A stretch of DNA of 64,000 nucleotides, from the NCBI GenBank assembly GCA_963702095.1, contig OY969706.1, positions 1,088,001 to 1,152,000 of the forward strand. Direction: 5' to 3'. Shown here in pieces: positions 1 to 10,118 of the stretch. The notes under the pieces are model-generated. The model had not been told where the DNA came from and searched no databases. It was given only the letters and a program-made list of their open reading frames with translations. A program made the translations under genes and the position numbers. Source of the stretch: Candidatus Bathyarchaeota archaeon. GTDB lineage: Archaea; Thermoproteota; Bathyarchaeia; Bathyarchaeales; Bathycorpusculaceae. How positions within the stretch are numbered: position 1 is the stretch's first letter; each line of letters begins with the position of its first letter.

Positions 1-887
1 AAATAGTTGATAGTACAGACAAAGACCTATTCGTTACCTTCTATCCTAATTTCGCTGATAAAACATTTAGCATTAACATGTCATATAACATATCGAATAA
101 CAGTTGGGCTGTTGCAGATTCAGGCTATTATGAACTAAAGCTTGAACCTTCAAATGCGATAGATGGAAAATTGAATTTTAGATTAGAGTATGCTTTCCAA
201 GAAGAATTTCCGCCTTTTATCTATCTTACAAATGGAACTCTGATTAACGGGCGAACCCTAATTGAGCCAAAGCCTGAATATAAGGACATACCATTTCCTG
301 AAGAGTGCTTTGTAAAAGGGCTAGTTTGGGATGATTGCAACATCAATAAGGAGTTCCTTAATAAGGGCGAAGCAGTTGGTACTAAAAAAACTATACATGA
401 CTGGCTTGAGTCATGGCTGAGCAATAATTTGCCGCCGGATTCAATCATTTTTAAAGACCATGAAAGTGGTGAAATAGCTGATTTTATAGCGATTCAACCT
501 GATGGTAAAATTATAGGTTTCTATCACTGTAAGTCTTCATCGACAAAGCAACCGGGCGCAAGCATTGGTCACATAAGTGCAGTCATGGACCAAGTTTTAA
601 GGAGTATCTCTTTGGTCAATACGCGGACGCTCGTTGATAGACTATTAGAGCACAGTGACGGAAGGCGACCTAGGTCAAAATTTATCAGGGGTGATCGAGG
701 TATGGTGAATCAATTGAAGGATACTTTTTCACCGTTAGATTGGTCATATCAAGTTTTCATTGTACAACCTGGTTTAGACTGCAAAGAGGCAGCGGTATAC
801 GAAAATACTAAACTGCTATTGCTTACCTGCTATGAATGGCTAAAAGACATTGGAGCTAAACTAAGAATAATGGGGTTTTATAAATAA
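1..887 (+). CDS. C-terminal part of a larger protein with a PD-(D/E)XK-like nuclease domain, truncated by the window edge; resembles the C-terminus of SF2 helicase-nuclease fusions, possibly defence-related
   Basis: Frame is open from position 3. Motifs DHESGEIADF..FYHCKSS..DQVLRS..IVQPGL. AT-rich. Confidence 0.55.
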   Translation, partial: IVDSTDKDLFVTFYPNFADKTFSINMSYNISNNSWAVADSGYYELKLEPSNAIDGKLNFRLEYAFQEEFPPFIYLTNGTLINGRTLIEPKPEYKDIPFPEECFVKGLVWDDCNINKEFLNKGEAVGTKKTIHDWLESWLSNNLPPDSIIFKDHESGEIADFIAIQPDGKIIGFYHCKSSSTKQPGASIGHISAVMDQVLRSISLVNTRTLVDRLLEHSDGRRPRSKFIRGDRGMVNQLKDTFSPLDWSYQVFIVQPGLDCKEAAVYENTKLLLLTCYEWLKDIGAKLRIMGFYK

Positions 888-945
888 TAGAATTATTCCA
901 AGAAGAATAATTTTGCAAGATTGTCCGTATACATTGAAAAGTTGC

Positions 946-2391
946 CTATTTTTCCATGCCTTTATTCCAGAAAAGGTAAACTTTTATTTGGGATAACATT
1001 CCAAGTATTTTAATGAGTTTAGTGAGCTGTTTAGAATTGGCGTTTTGAATGTATTTTACGTAATCGGAAGTTTTTCCAAAAGGTTGATGTCGGCTAGCCG
1101 TTACCTCTTTTTTGAAGCGTGGATGCTTGTCTTTTGTGAAAGCAATTTTTAGCGCATTTATTTGTTCACTAGTTGAACTCCCGATTTTGGCTGCGACATA
1201 GCGTTCGCTGCACAGAAGCCGTAAATCAAAACCAAATTTGGTCAGAGTATTTGTGACTTCTTTAACGCTTTCGATATGCTGCTGTTCGGCAATTTTTTTC
1301 ATACCCGCTTTCTCTGCGAAGGGCGAATATTTTGGCATAACAGCAATCAATTCAACATAAGGAGTACCCACCATCTGTAGTGTATCATGAATTAGCTTAG
1401 CACCTAATCCTATTGTTCGATATTTTGGGTGGATAACCACTCGATTAATAATGCTTAGTTGTTTGTTCATTTCTTGAATAGTCATTCTCGGCAGCACTAT
1501 TCGTCTTCCATAGCATGCTGGTGGTGGGTAACTGTAGACTATGACGCCGCAGAGTTCATCGCCTCTTACTAGGCGGAAGATTTTTCGTGGAACCGCAACC
1601 TTGTGCCCTCGGTAGTGGAAACTGCTTAGTTTTTGCCAGTCTTCTCTGGTGCCTTCTTCAATTCTCATTTCACGGATTAGGCTGCATTCGGTTGCTGGAG
1701 TGTTTGGGTAGTAGTTGATTTTGATTTCTTCTCCGAATCGTTTGCGGACCAATACGCTGGGTTTGAGGTCTTCGGCTAGGTCGCTGTGGGTTGTTGCTGC
1801 TATGACTGCTTTGCCTTGTTGGCGGGCGATTTTCTGCAGGTTGAAAGCGATGATTTTGGCGGTGTCTCGGTCTAAGCATGCGGCGAATTCATCCATAAGC
1901 CACCATTGCTTGCCGCTCTCGATTAGTTTGGCGATTCGGTAACGATAACGTTGACCATCGCTCAATTGGCTGTAAGTGCGCAGAAAAAGGAAAGCATCGT
2001 TTAGGCCGACTTTGCTTAACAGCTCTAAACCTTCTTCGACTGTGGCTCCGATAGTCTCAATCAATGGCTTCTCAGCGTCCACTGCCACATCTGACAGGTC
2101 GATGGCTTCCTCGTCTAAATCCGCCTTAATTGCTCGCAACAGTACGCTTTTGCCGCTGCCGCTATCCCCAGTAATATAAACGATGTCTTGAGGTCCGATC
2201 TTCAATTCAGCATCAAGAACCTTAAAGCGCTGGGTATCGTCGATGCCTAATCCGAAGGCTTCAGCCACAACCAAGCTGCGAGGTGTCGGCTTAGTATGGG
2301 TTTCATAGCTGATATTGTATGTGAACTTGCCTTCCGTCCGGTCGTAGATTCGTCGGAATTGCCTTATGCGAATGTCTCTTTGTCGTCTCAT
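946..2391 (-). CDS. ABC-type ATPase fused to a GNAT-family acyltransferase
   Basis: Walker A GDSGSGKS, signature LSDGQ, Walker B WLMDEF, H-loop ATTH; C-terminal GNAT motif RVVIHPKYRTIGLG. Confidence 0.85.
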   Translation of the reverse strand: MRRQRDIRIRQFRRIYDRTEGKFTYNISYETHTKPTPRSLVVAEAFGLGIDDTQRFKVLDAELKIGPQDIVYITGDSGSGKSVLLRAIKADLDEEAIDLSDVAVDAEKPLIETIGATVEEGLELLSKVGLNDAFLFLRTYSQLSDGQRYRYRIAKLIESGKQWWLMDEFAACLDRDTAKIIAFNLQKIARQQGKAVIAATTHSDLAEDLKPSVLVRKRFGEEIKINYYPNTPATECSLIREMRIEEGTREDWQKLSSFHYRGHKVAVPRKIFRLVRGDELCGVIVYSYPPPACYGRRIVLPRMTIQEMNKQLSIINRVVIHPKYRTIGLGAKLIHDTLQMVGTPYVELIAVMPKYSPFAEKAGMKKIAEQQHIESVKEVTNTLTKFGFDLRLLCSERYVAAKIGSSTSEQINALKIAFTKDKHPRFKKEVTASRHQPFGKTSDYVKYIQNANSKQLTKLIKILGMLSQIKVYLFWNKGMEK

Positions 2392-2398
2392 TTCTTGG

Positions 2399-3847
2399 TC
2401 ACCTTGGAATAACTGTTAAGAATGGTTCGGGTTCCATCTGCACGGTTGCAAACACGGCTAGCGCCGTACTCCAAAACACGTCATCATGGGTGCCGTTTGG
2501 ATGCGAGTATCCTATGGCGCCGTCCTTGCGTAGGTCATAGCGTTCCACGTTTAACTCGGTGCAGATGTCACCTCTGTATGGTCGCTCCCAATTGAGCAGT
2601 GGATAGTAGAATTGCTTGTTCATCATGCGCTGCTTTAGCAGGCTTGCCATCTCGCTCTTTCTTGGCACGCTAAAGTTGACGCCTTCGGCATTCTCTATGC
2701 CCGCAGTCTCCATGTCAGTGATGATGCTTGGGCCTTCCCGTGTAAAGTCAACCCTGATCTTCTGGAAACCGCCCCATCTATCCTGCAGCGCCTTTAGATA
2801 ACCGAGAACTTGAGCGTAGAGTGTGGGCTGCTGGAAAATCTTTAGGTGCCGAAGGAACAGCTTATCGTTTAGGCGCTCAACCACCGAAAGCACACAGTAA
2901 TCCCTTGTCTGCGCCAAGTCAAGTCCAGCAAAAAAGTCCCCTTCACAGCTAGCTTCAGGATTGAACTCTTGCAAATCCTCGCCGCAATTCTTCACTGTGC
3001 CCACGCAGGCAACAATTAAACTCTGAGCCAGCCAAACATCTTCATCCTCTGCCCACTCAGCTTCCATTTCCCGACGCCAACGTTGCGGGTCATCCCCGAA
3101 CTGACGCTTAATCTTCTCAACAATAGCAGGCTTAAGCGGACCATTAGGTTCAAGCGCATCAGTCCACCGAACATGTGACCGTGCAAAATCAGAGTAGTCT
3201 TTGTGGTTGCACATTTTCCAAAACAGCGAATCCGTATTCCAAGGCGTTGACGTGGCGATTAGTTTGCCGTTGGTTGTTCCAAGCGTAAACAGTATGGCAT
3301 CATAGAGCTCCTCGTCGTTAGGAACGAAATTGGCTTCTTCGATCCAGATTACTTTAAAGGTTGGGCCTCTGATTGTGTCGGGGTTGTTGGGGAAGGCTTC
3401 AATCATGCTGCCATTTGGCAACGTAATCCTTGTTTTTTGTATGTGCAGGCCTGGCTGCTGTGGAAGCTTTCGGCAAAAACCGCCCATGCGTCGTATGTTT
3501 AGTTTGGTTTGGCGCCAGCTTGGACCCACAATCGCGACATAGCTGTCAGGATGTTCCCAGGCGTATTTAAGAAGCAAAGCTGAAACCGAGAAGCTTTTCC
3601 CGGTTTGGCGTGCCCAGCGTACAGCGGTGAATTGGTTTTTCTCAAATTTCTCGGCTAACTCAAGCTGGTATTTGAAGGGTGTAAAGCCAAAAATCTGCTC
3701 AAAAAAGCCCTTAACATCCCTCTTTAAGGCATCGACATGGTTTTCGCTGGATTTTTCAACCGCTGCCACGTCCTCCCAGAGCTTGTTGTACTCCGAGAAG
3801 AGCTGATTAGGACGAAGTGCCCTGGGACTTTTTCCTAAGCGCCTCAT
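2399..3847 (-). CDS. terL: Terminase large subunit
   Basis: PFKYQ adenine motif, Walker A ARQTGKS, Walker B VIWIEEA, coupling motif STP, RNase H-like AGLDLA and terminal HDD. Confidence 0.95.
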   Translation of the reverse strand: MRRLGKSPRALRPNQLFSEYNKLWEDVAAVEKSSENHVDALKRDVKGFFEQIFGFTPFKYQLELAEKFEKNQFTAVRWARQTGKSFSVSALLLKYAWEHPDSYVAIVGPSWRQTKLNIRRMGGFCRKLPQQPGLHIQKTRITLPNGSMIEAFPNNPDTIRGPTFKVIWIEEANFVPNDEELYDAILFTLGTTNGKLIATSTPWNTDSLFWKMCNHKDYSDFARSHVRWTDALEPNGPLKPAIVEKIKRQFGDDPQRWRREMEAEWAEDEDVWLAQSLIVACVGTVKNCGEDLQEFNPEASCEGDFFAGLDLAQTRDYCVLSVVERLNDKLFLRHLKIFQQPTLYAQVLGYLKALQDRWGGFQKIRVDFTREGPSIITDMETAGIENAEGVNFSVPRKSEMASLLKQRMMNKQFYYPLLNWERPYRGDICTELNVERYDLRKDGAIGYSHPNGTHDDVFWSTALAVFATVQMEPEPFLTVIPR

Positions 3848-4259
3848 ATTTTGGCCTCAACTCCATTAATTCCACTTCAATTTTGCGGTAGCGCACGTAT
3901 TCGGCAAAACGCTCCTGATACACCTTCGCCCCAGCTATGATTCCACGCAAACGCAAAACCTCAGACTTATCTATGCCAGGCTCTTGGAGCGCCTCTATCG
4001 CGGCGGCTAACTTCTTTAGCATCGTCTCAACACTTGGAAGCTCGTTTGGCAAGTCTTTAAAAGAAGAAGAAGCGCAGATTTTTCCACCTTCTTCTTCTCT
4101 TGAAATTAGTCCTAAGTCTAGGAGCTTTTGGTAGATGGCGTTTTGGCTATACTTGAATTCTAAACTAAAGGCTAAAACGGCATAATCAGTGATGCCTGAA
4201 GTGTACCAGTCTTTGAGCTTTTTCTCGTCATCTACTGGCCAAGGTTTGCCTTTAGTCAT
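3807..4259 (-). CDS. Probable terminase small subunit
   Basis: 150 aa with an N-terminal HTH-like segment and helical C-terminus; overlaps the terL start. Confidence 0.5.
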   Translation of the reverse strand: MTKGKPWPVDDEKKLKDWYTSGITDYAVLAFSLEFKYSQNAIYQKLLDLGLISREEEGGKICASSSFKDLPNELPSVETMLKKLAAAIEALQEPGIDKSEVLRLRGIIAGAKVYQERFAEYVRYRKIEVELMELRPKYEALRKKSQGTSS

Positions 4260-4497
4260 GTTTTCTGCCCCACAAACAACCCAATCACGGTGCCGCTTAA
4301 TCCTGTGATGGATGCGAAAATCTCAGCGTTCCAAGTGTGCAAAATGGCTAAGTGGGCTATCTCAAGAGCAGACATAAACGCCGTCATGCATATGGCGAAT
4401 TTTACGCCCAACACAAGCTTAGCAGTAGGTTCCTCAACGATGAGGCGGCTCTCTCAAAGCGTCTTCTAGTCAAGGCACGTTTAATGGGGTCTGCCAT
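4256..4497 (-). CDS. Small two-TM membrane protein (holin-like); one frameshift near 4450; absent from the ORF track
   Basis: Manual translation MADPIKRALTRRRFER/RLIVEEPTAKLVLGVKFAICMTAFMSALEIAHLAILHTWNAEIFASITGLSGTVIGLFVGQKT; ATGA overlap with the next gene. Confidence 0.5.
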
Positions 4498-4903
4498 CGA
4501 CACTCAACCTCTGCTGAAACATTGTCATCCGAAAAGTTCTTGGGCGGTTCATCGTTCGGTGCCCGCCCATCATAAAACTGTTAATGAGCTTGCTAGCCGA
4601 TTCGCTGGGAATATGCTCTTTTACCAAAACTTGGACGCCTAAAGCCCAACCGATAGGTATTGCGGTGTAGTCCAGATCGAAGAGACCGTCGGCATAGCGA
4701 AAACTGTTCTGTGCAATTACAATATGTTTTATTTTACCTATCAGCCCAACGTATATGCCCCAGCTTTTCACCGGTACATCTATAGTTAAGCCTGAACCGG
4801 AGCTTTTGCCAACCGAGGCATCACACCAATCTACAGCGATTAAATCGCCCGGCTTAACGTTCTCTATGAGCTTTAGCACTTGCTTACTCAACAGGACACC
4901 CAT
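4481..4903 (-). CDS. Hypothetical viral protein (beta-rich, VDWCDAS motif)
   Basis: 140-aa ORF heading the packaging operon and overlapping the next gene. Confidence 0.6.
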   Translation of the reverse strand: MGVLLSKQVLKLIENVKPGDLIAVDWCDASVGKSSGSGLTIDVPVKSWGIYVGLIGKIKHIVIAQNSFRYADGLFDLDYTAIPIGWALGVQVLVKEHIPSESASKLINSFMMGGHRTMNRPRTFRMTMFQQRLSVDGRPH

Positions 4904-5052
4904 AACCTACGGGGGAAAACATTGTAAAAAGCAATCTTGCGAAAAAACAACCTCTAAAAAATAAGGGATAAGAAAAACCAGTTAATGATTAGCTCTCAGC
5001 GTAGAATAAAAATGTTAATTTTAAATAGGTAAAGCGCAGATACAAAAATCCG

Positions 5053-6129
5053 GTGGGTGAGTTGGAGGAAAAACAAAAAAAATTTAATTATATCTGGATT
5101 GTTCGATGCGCTGGAAATGATGCAAATAGAAACGTTACCTGTAACATGTTAGAGAAAGCACCTTCAACTAGACTCATTAAGCCATTGGTGGAAGTAATTG
5201 ACCCGAAGATACTTCACAGGTTATCTAGACTCTTACGGGCTAAATATGGGTCTATAATGGTCGAATTACCCGCTTACTTTCTTGAAGTACGAAATAAGTA
5301 TTCAAGTTCTATTGAAAATCTAATCGCCCAATACCCCGACCAAGCGACCTTTTATGTTAAACACAAATCACTATTGGATACTCCCGTAATTTCGGCTCAA
5401 CATATTGGAAACCGTGATTACGATGAGGAGACTGAAACTCTTAAAAAAGTCAAAGATGACTTTAAGTCAGTAGCTGTACGAGTAAGAGTTCCCTATTTTG
5501 AACTAGCTACTGCAACGAGAATTCTTAACTCATATAAATCGTTAGTCAGCAAGATGGAAGAAAACGATAGCCTATTGATGGATGTTTTTAATTTATCGGG
5601 TTATGAAACTCAAATAAACTCAAACGTTGAGTTGATGTCTAAAATTGCTGCTGAAAGAACCGCCAAAACATTTGTTCTAAATGCCTTTGAACCAATTGAT
5701 AACGGTCATAATTTTGGGCCACTACTTAGCTTTAGAAATAATCTTAGTGGATTTGGCGATTTTGCGACAGAAAGGCGATTCCCACCAGAAGGAGGACGAC
5801 AACCGGAAAAGAAAGTTGGAAAATACTACTTTTGGGATCGGTTTTATCTAAAAGACTTCAAGAGAGTGGACTATGATATTGTTGCTGCATCGTTGAAGGC
5901 TACAGCGTTTTGGAGCAATCACGATAAACACGTTTCAAGCTGTAATGCATGTTATGCCCTGCAACATAATGACTACAACAGAAGCCCAACTTATTGGAAG
6001 GCTTTTAGAATGATTCATTACTTGCATTCAATTACTAATGAGACAGCCAAACATTTTAGCTCTGTTACATCGGACCAAGACCTTGACCCAGACGGTTTCG
6101 ATATTTTATTTAACGTCGAAGAGATTTAA
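5053..6129 (+). CDS. Beta-protein / sce7725-like protein
   Basis: GFGDFA..EGG and WKAFRMIHYL motifs; paired with an sce7726-like gene; AT-rich and opposite strand to the viral core. Confidence 0.6.
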   Translation: MGELEEKQKKFNYIWIVRCAGNDANRNVTCNMLEKAPSTRLIKPLVEVIDPKILHRLSRLLRAKYGSIMVELPAYFLEVRNKYSSSIENLIAQYPDQATFYVKHKSLLDTPVISAQHIGNRDYDEETETLKKVKDDFKSVAVRVRVPYFELATATRILNSYKSLVSKMEENDSLLMDVFNLSGYETQINSNVELMSKIAAERTAKTFVLNAFEPIDNGHNFGPLLSFRNNLSGFGDFATERRFPPEGGRQPEKKVGKYYFWDRFYLKDFKRVDYDIVAASLKATAFWSNHDKHVSSCNACYALQHNDYNRSPTYWKAFRMIHYLHSITNETAKHFSSVTSDQDLDPDGFDILFNVEEI

Positions 6130-6937
6130 TGTGTTGAATGTCATGCGAACAAAACAAGATTACCTGTCCGAAATACCATTTGAGTTCTTGATCGGTTTTT
6201 CTAAAGAAACGGGTCTAATTCGCGATAATGCTTGTTTTACAAAAAAGGATTTTATTCATCGATTGATACCTAACCTAACTCTTTCCGATTGCCAACAACT
6301 CAATGAGGAGTCAAAAGAAGGGCATTGTTACAAGTCAAGTGTTAGCCGGTATCTAAATGAATTCCCGACAGGTAATATTGTCAGTAAGAATTTTGTTGAA
6401 CATTTAGGCAAATTTGAAAGTCAACTTGGTTCAATTTTTTATGAATTTCCCATTACACATACCAGGGTTGATATTCTCAGACTTTCAGGAGAATTTTACG
6501 CGTATGAAGTCAAGTCTGTACGCGATAAGCTTGACCGATTAGTTTACCAAATTCCTGCCCTCCAAAAATACTTTGATTATGTAACTGTTGTTATTCCAAC
6601 CGAAAACGAAAAAAGCGTTAGGTGCTATCTTCAAAAAAACATTGGAATAACCAGTTTTCAAGTAAAAGACCGATTAATGGTCTTTGATTCCAAAAGGAAA
6701 GCAAAAAAAAGCGTGCTGTTGGATTCTATTGCCCAACTAGAAATATTGCGCTTGGACGAACTTAGGGATATTTACCGCTGTGGTAAGCTTAAACCAACAA
6801 GGAAGGAAGCCATTGAAGGAATAATGAGAAACCTGAACACAAAGGAGATTCACACTGTTTTTCTGTCAAAGCTTAAGGATAGAGAAAGAAAAACGCAGAC
6901 GAACCATTCAAATCAAAAAAGACTGGGTCATTTTTAG
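6038..6937 (+). CDS. sce7726-like PD-(D/E)XK nuclease (true start probably 6131 or 6143)
   Basis: E..RVD..YEVKSVRDKLDRLVYQ..Y.KYFDYVTVV motif. Confidence 0.75.
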   Translation: MRQPNILALLHRTKTLTQTVSIFYLTSKRFNVLNVMRTKQDYLSEIPFEFLIGFSKETGLIRDNACFTKKDFIHRLIPNLTLSDCQQLNEESKEGHCYKSSVSRYLNEFPTGNIVSKNFVEHLGKFESQLGSIFYEFPITHTRVDILRLSGEFYAYEVKSVRDKLDRLVYQIPALQKYFDYVTVVIPTENEKSVRCYLQKNIGITSFQVKDRLMVFDSKRKAKKSVLLDSIAQLEILRLDELRDIYRCGKLKPTRKEAIEGIMRNLNTKEIHTVFLSKLKDRERKTQTNHSNQKRLGHF

Positions 6938-7231
6938 TAACACTTCTTATCAAATTATCTCTTGGGTTATACCACATTAATTCGAAAATCACCTACTCTT
7001 CCAACACGTGGAAAACCATAATTGGTTGCTGCCACTAAACTGTTCTACGGTTCTGCGTTTTCTGGGCTAAGTAAAATACGTTCAATCGGTATCTCCTGCA
7101 AATTAATGGTAGCCATACTGTCCAGCAACCTTATCGTGTAGTTGCGGGAAATTAATACAATACTTGCTAAAAGAAAAAACAACTTTAAAGCACTAACAAA
7201 TAGTCATTAAAAACGCTGCGACAGTTTCTTT

Positions 7232-9441
7232 TTATTTTGTTACTTTTAATCTGTTAATTCTATTGACTTTCGATTTTAGTGCGTACACGTAATCCGCTAA
7301 CAAAACGGCTTCCCTGCCAAGCTCCAACATTATCTCCAATTCTTGAGTTTGACCGTCAACAAGATATTCAGCGCTGATAACTCGGAAGTCTGCGTCTACG
7401 TTCTCGTTTGGCAACTCAACATGTACTTTGTCGCCTGCAAGGATTAAAGTCGTGCCGTAGTCGATAACTGAACTTTTAACAGTTAGGTGCTCAGCTGGGT
7501 CCTTCATATAGTCAAGGATTGCTTGGGCTCTTAGGTTACATTCGTTGTCGCTGTATAATTCGTCGTCTGTGTCAACGTATTCTCGGAGTCCGTAGAGCGC
7601 TTGACTAGGATAATCTTCAACAACCGCACAGTAACGCATACCGCCGAAGTATAGACCATCTATCCAGTAATCGCCGTTTCCAGGGCTTAAATCCTGATGA
7701 ATATTTATTGAAACTTGAACCCTTACAATTTTGTTCCAATGGAACCCTGATTGACCATAACCGGGAAGCCATTCATCCGCATACTTGGAGCCGACTTTAA
7801 GCGAGACCTGGTTCCATTGAGCGTCATGCGCGACACCGGGTTTAGCAACCATTTGCTTTCCAGTATCGTCGATTAAGCTAATTGCCACCCCTGAACCTTC
7901 AAACGTGCTTGGAATATAGAGGCATAAATTAAGCGTGGGAAATAACTCGCAATTTGGTTCCATCCCTGCTTTGAAGGTGAATTTTGCCATTCCATACCAA
8001 TCGTTCACAAGGTGAACTTTGACGCTGCTTGTTCCGAAGGCTTTGTTTGTACTATCCTGTGCGACGTTTCCTGAGCCGCCCGAGCCTCCAGCGAAAGTCC
8101 AATCACCGTAGGGTGGATGCAGTATCTCTGTGAAGCCGTCTTTATCGAGAGGATAGCTTTTGTCCGACGCGCCCCAAATGGTGATTTTGTTTCGCACTGC
8201 AGAGATGTCTTTGCTGTAGGTGCTTTCCTCGATGCTGTCGGTTAAGTCGGCAACTACGCTTCGGCTGTTTTTGCGGAAAAACTCAAATCGCCCATCTGGA
8301 GCAACACGGAAATCAAAACCGATTACCCCGTTGTAGTCCGCTGACTGTGCAATATACTGCAGTATGTCCCAAACTGGCGTATCGTTGTAATCAAGCTCTG
8401 TATAGGTTGTGCTTGTATTCTCGACGAGTTCATAGCCATTGCGTGTATGGCTGATTCCCACGTAATTGTCCAGTAGGTCCTTGACTATGGTTTCGCCTTT
8501 GCAGTTGAGGTATTTTTTGGTGACTGTTCGGCGAAATAGCCGCTCTCCCCAGCATCTACCGCTTATGAGGGCATAGGTTTCTGTGCCTGTGGCTTGGTAC
8601 TCTATGTGCTCAACTTTGAGCGAAATCATGGGTAGCACGTTTGGGTTATAGGGGATGCGGCAAATTCCGATTCCTCCAGTTGCTCCCAGTTGGATGGGTA
8701 ACCAGCCGCTTTGGCTGTATTTTTTGCCCCAATTCTGGAGTTTAACTTCAAAGCTGCTTACCTCTTTTGTGGCGCCCAAATGAACCGTACATTCGATTAT
8801 GTCGGTCTCTGGAACGAAGATATTGCCAAAAACAACTACTGGTTTTGGAACGTTGATTACTTGCTCGGTGCTAGTTGGGGGCAACCCGACGTAGTGGAAA
8901 TTGGCCGTAATGGATGCATCATTGCCAGGATACCAAACGTATGGATTGTCATTGTTTCCGTCGCCCCAATCATCAAAGGTGTAGCCTGATTGTGGAAAAG
9001 CCTCTAGGCTGATTTGGTCTTCGGGATTAAAATGGAGTGTTGCTGGAAAGCTGGCAAAGACTACCGAGGTTTGCTGCCCAACGTTTATGGCTATTATGTG
9101 GTTGCATTCTTGGCTTAAGGCGGTGATTGTTAGGGTTTTGGTGCCTGTCCCGCCTTCTTGGCCTTGCCCTTCGTATAGGTTAAGTACAAGGATTATTGGT
9201 TGGGGTGTGTCCCAAGCTGCAAGTTGAGAAGCGGTGTTAGTGGCTGTCCAGTAGCCGGCAAAGATTTCATACCATTGGCTGCCAAGGAAAGGCGTCGGAA
9301 ACGCCAAATCTCCTGTAACGTAATCGCCGTTTCCATCGGTCAGCTGCCTTCTTCGACGGCAACGTAATCAACGACGGCAACGTTAGCGCCCACAATTGGA
9401 TTCCCATGTTGGTCCTGAACATGCACAGTAAAAGACGTCAA
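7232..9441 (-). CDS. Tail-tip/hub protein with N-terminal carboxypeptidase-regulatory-like and InlB B-repeat-like domains and an internal CBM-like insert; frameshift near 9345
   Basis: Follows the TMP. Upstream TTG at 9441 overlaps the TMP stop and encodes VHVQDQHGNPIVGANV..TDGNG. PQSGYTFDDWGDG..ITANF repeat; hub-like VRNKITIWG and SQALYGLREY. Confidence 0.7.
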
Positions 9442-10118
9442 GGCGACTCAAGACCTCTGCGAAGCGATGCGTTGCCTCCAATGTTGCTGCTCATGGAGCT
9501 TACGGATTCTTCGCCGGCTCTGGTTATGCTTCTAACGTGCTGGGGCGTTGAAATATTGGCGGCGTTAAAGGTCTTAACGCTACTCGTCGCCGAATCCATG
9601 CTTTTAGAAAAAGCAAACATCGCAACTGCAGCGGCAGCAATGACAGCGATCCCAACTCCGGTTAATGCGAAAAAGGTTGCATAACTAATGTTTAGTGCAT
9701 TTTGAGCAGCGGTTGAAATCCAAGCGGCAGCGCTATAGACCGCGTGAGCTGTAGCAGAAATTCCCAAGCGAACAGCTTGAAGCGTCTGTGATATGATGCC
9801 TGTCTGAGTAGCTGTGTTTTGAGCCACTTGAGCCGTCATGGCGCCAGTAGTTGAAACCGCCAAAGTGCTTTGAACACCAGCGCCTGCAGCAACGGCGGCG
9901 TTTTGGGCTGTCTGGGTTGCAGTGGCAGTCATCAGAATAGCATGCAACGAAGTCATGACGCGAATAACAGAGAAGATTTGCATGACACTTCTGCCAGTCT
10001 GTGAGTCTAGGGCGCCAAAAGAGACCCCTAAATTGATTACATCAGAGGAGATGGAGCGGAAAACGGATGAGGCTCGGTTCTCAGCACGAACGGCTATGCT
10101 GATGTCGCGCATGCTCAT
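9438..10118 (-). CDS. Very short tape measure protein (226 aa)
   Basis: Position after the chaperone and gp10-like genes; N-terminal ISIAVRAENRAS, Ala/Thr-rich helices, hydrophobic TGVGIAVIAAAAVA segment. Confidence 0.7.
   Translation of the reverse strand: MSMRDISIAVRAENRASSVFRSISSDVINLGVSFGALDSQTGRSVMQIFSVIRVMTSLHAILMTATATQTAQNAAVAAGAGVQSTLAVSTTGAMTAQVAQNTATQTGIISQTLQAVRLGISATAHAVYSAAAWISTAAQNALNISYATFFALTGVGIAVIAAAAVAMFAFSKSMDSATSSVKTFNAANISTPQHVRSITRAGEESVSSMSSNIGGNASLRRGLESP

Noticed and set aside
946-2391. ABC transporter subunit
   Set aside because: No permease or binding protein is nearby, it is fused to a GNAT domain, and it sits in the viral operon.
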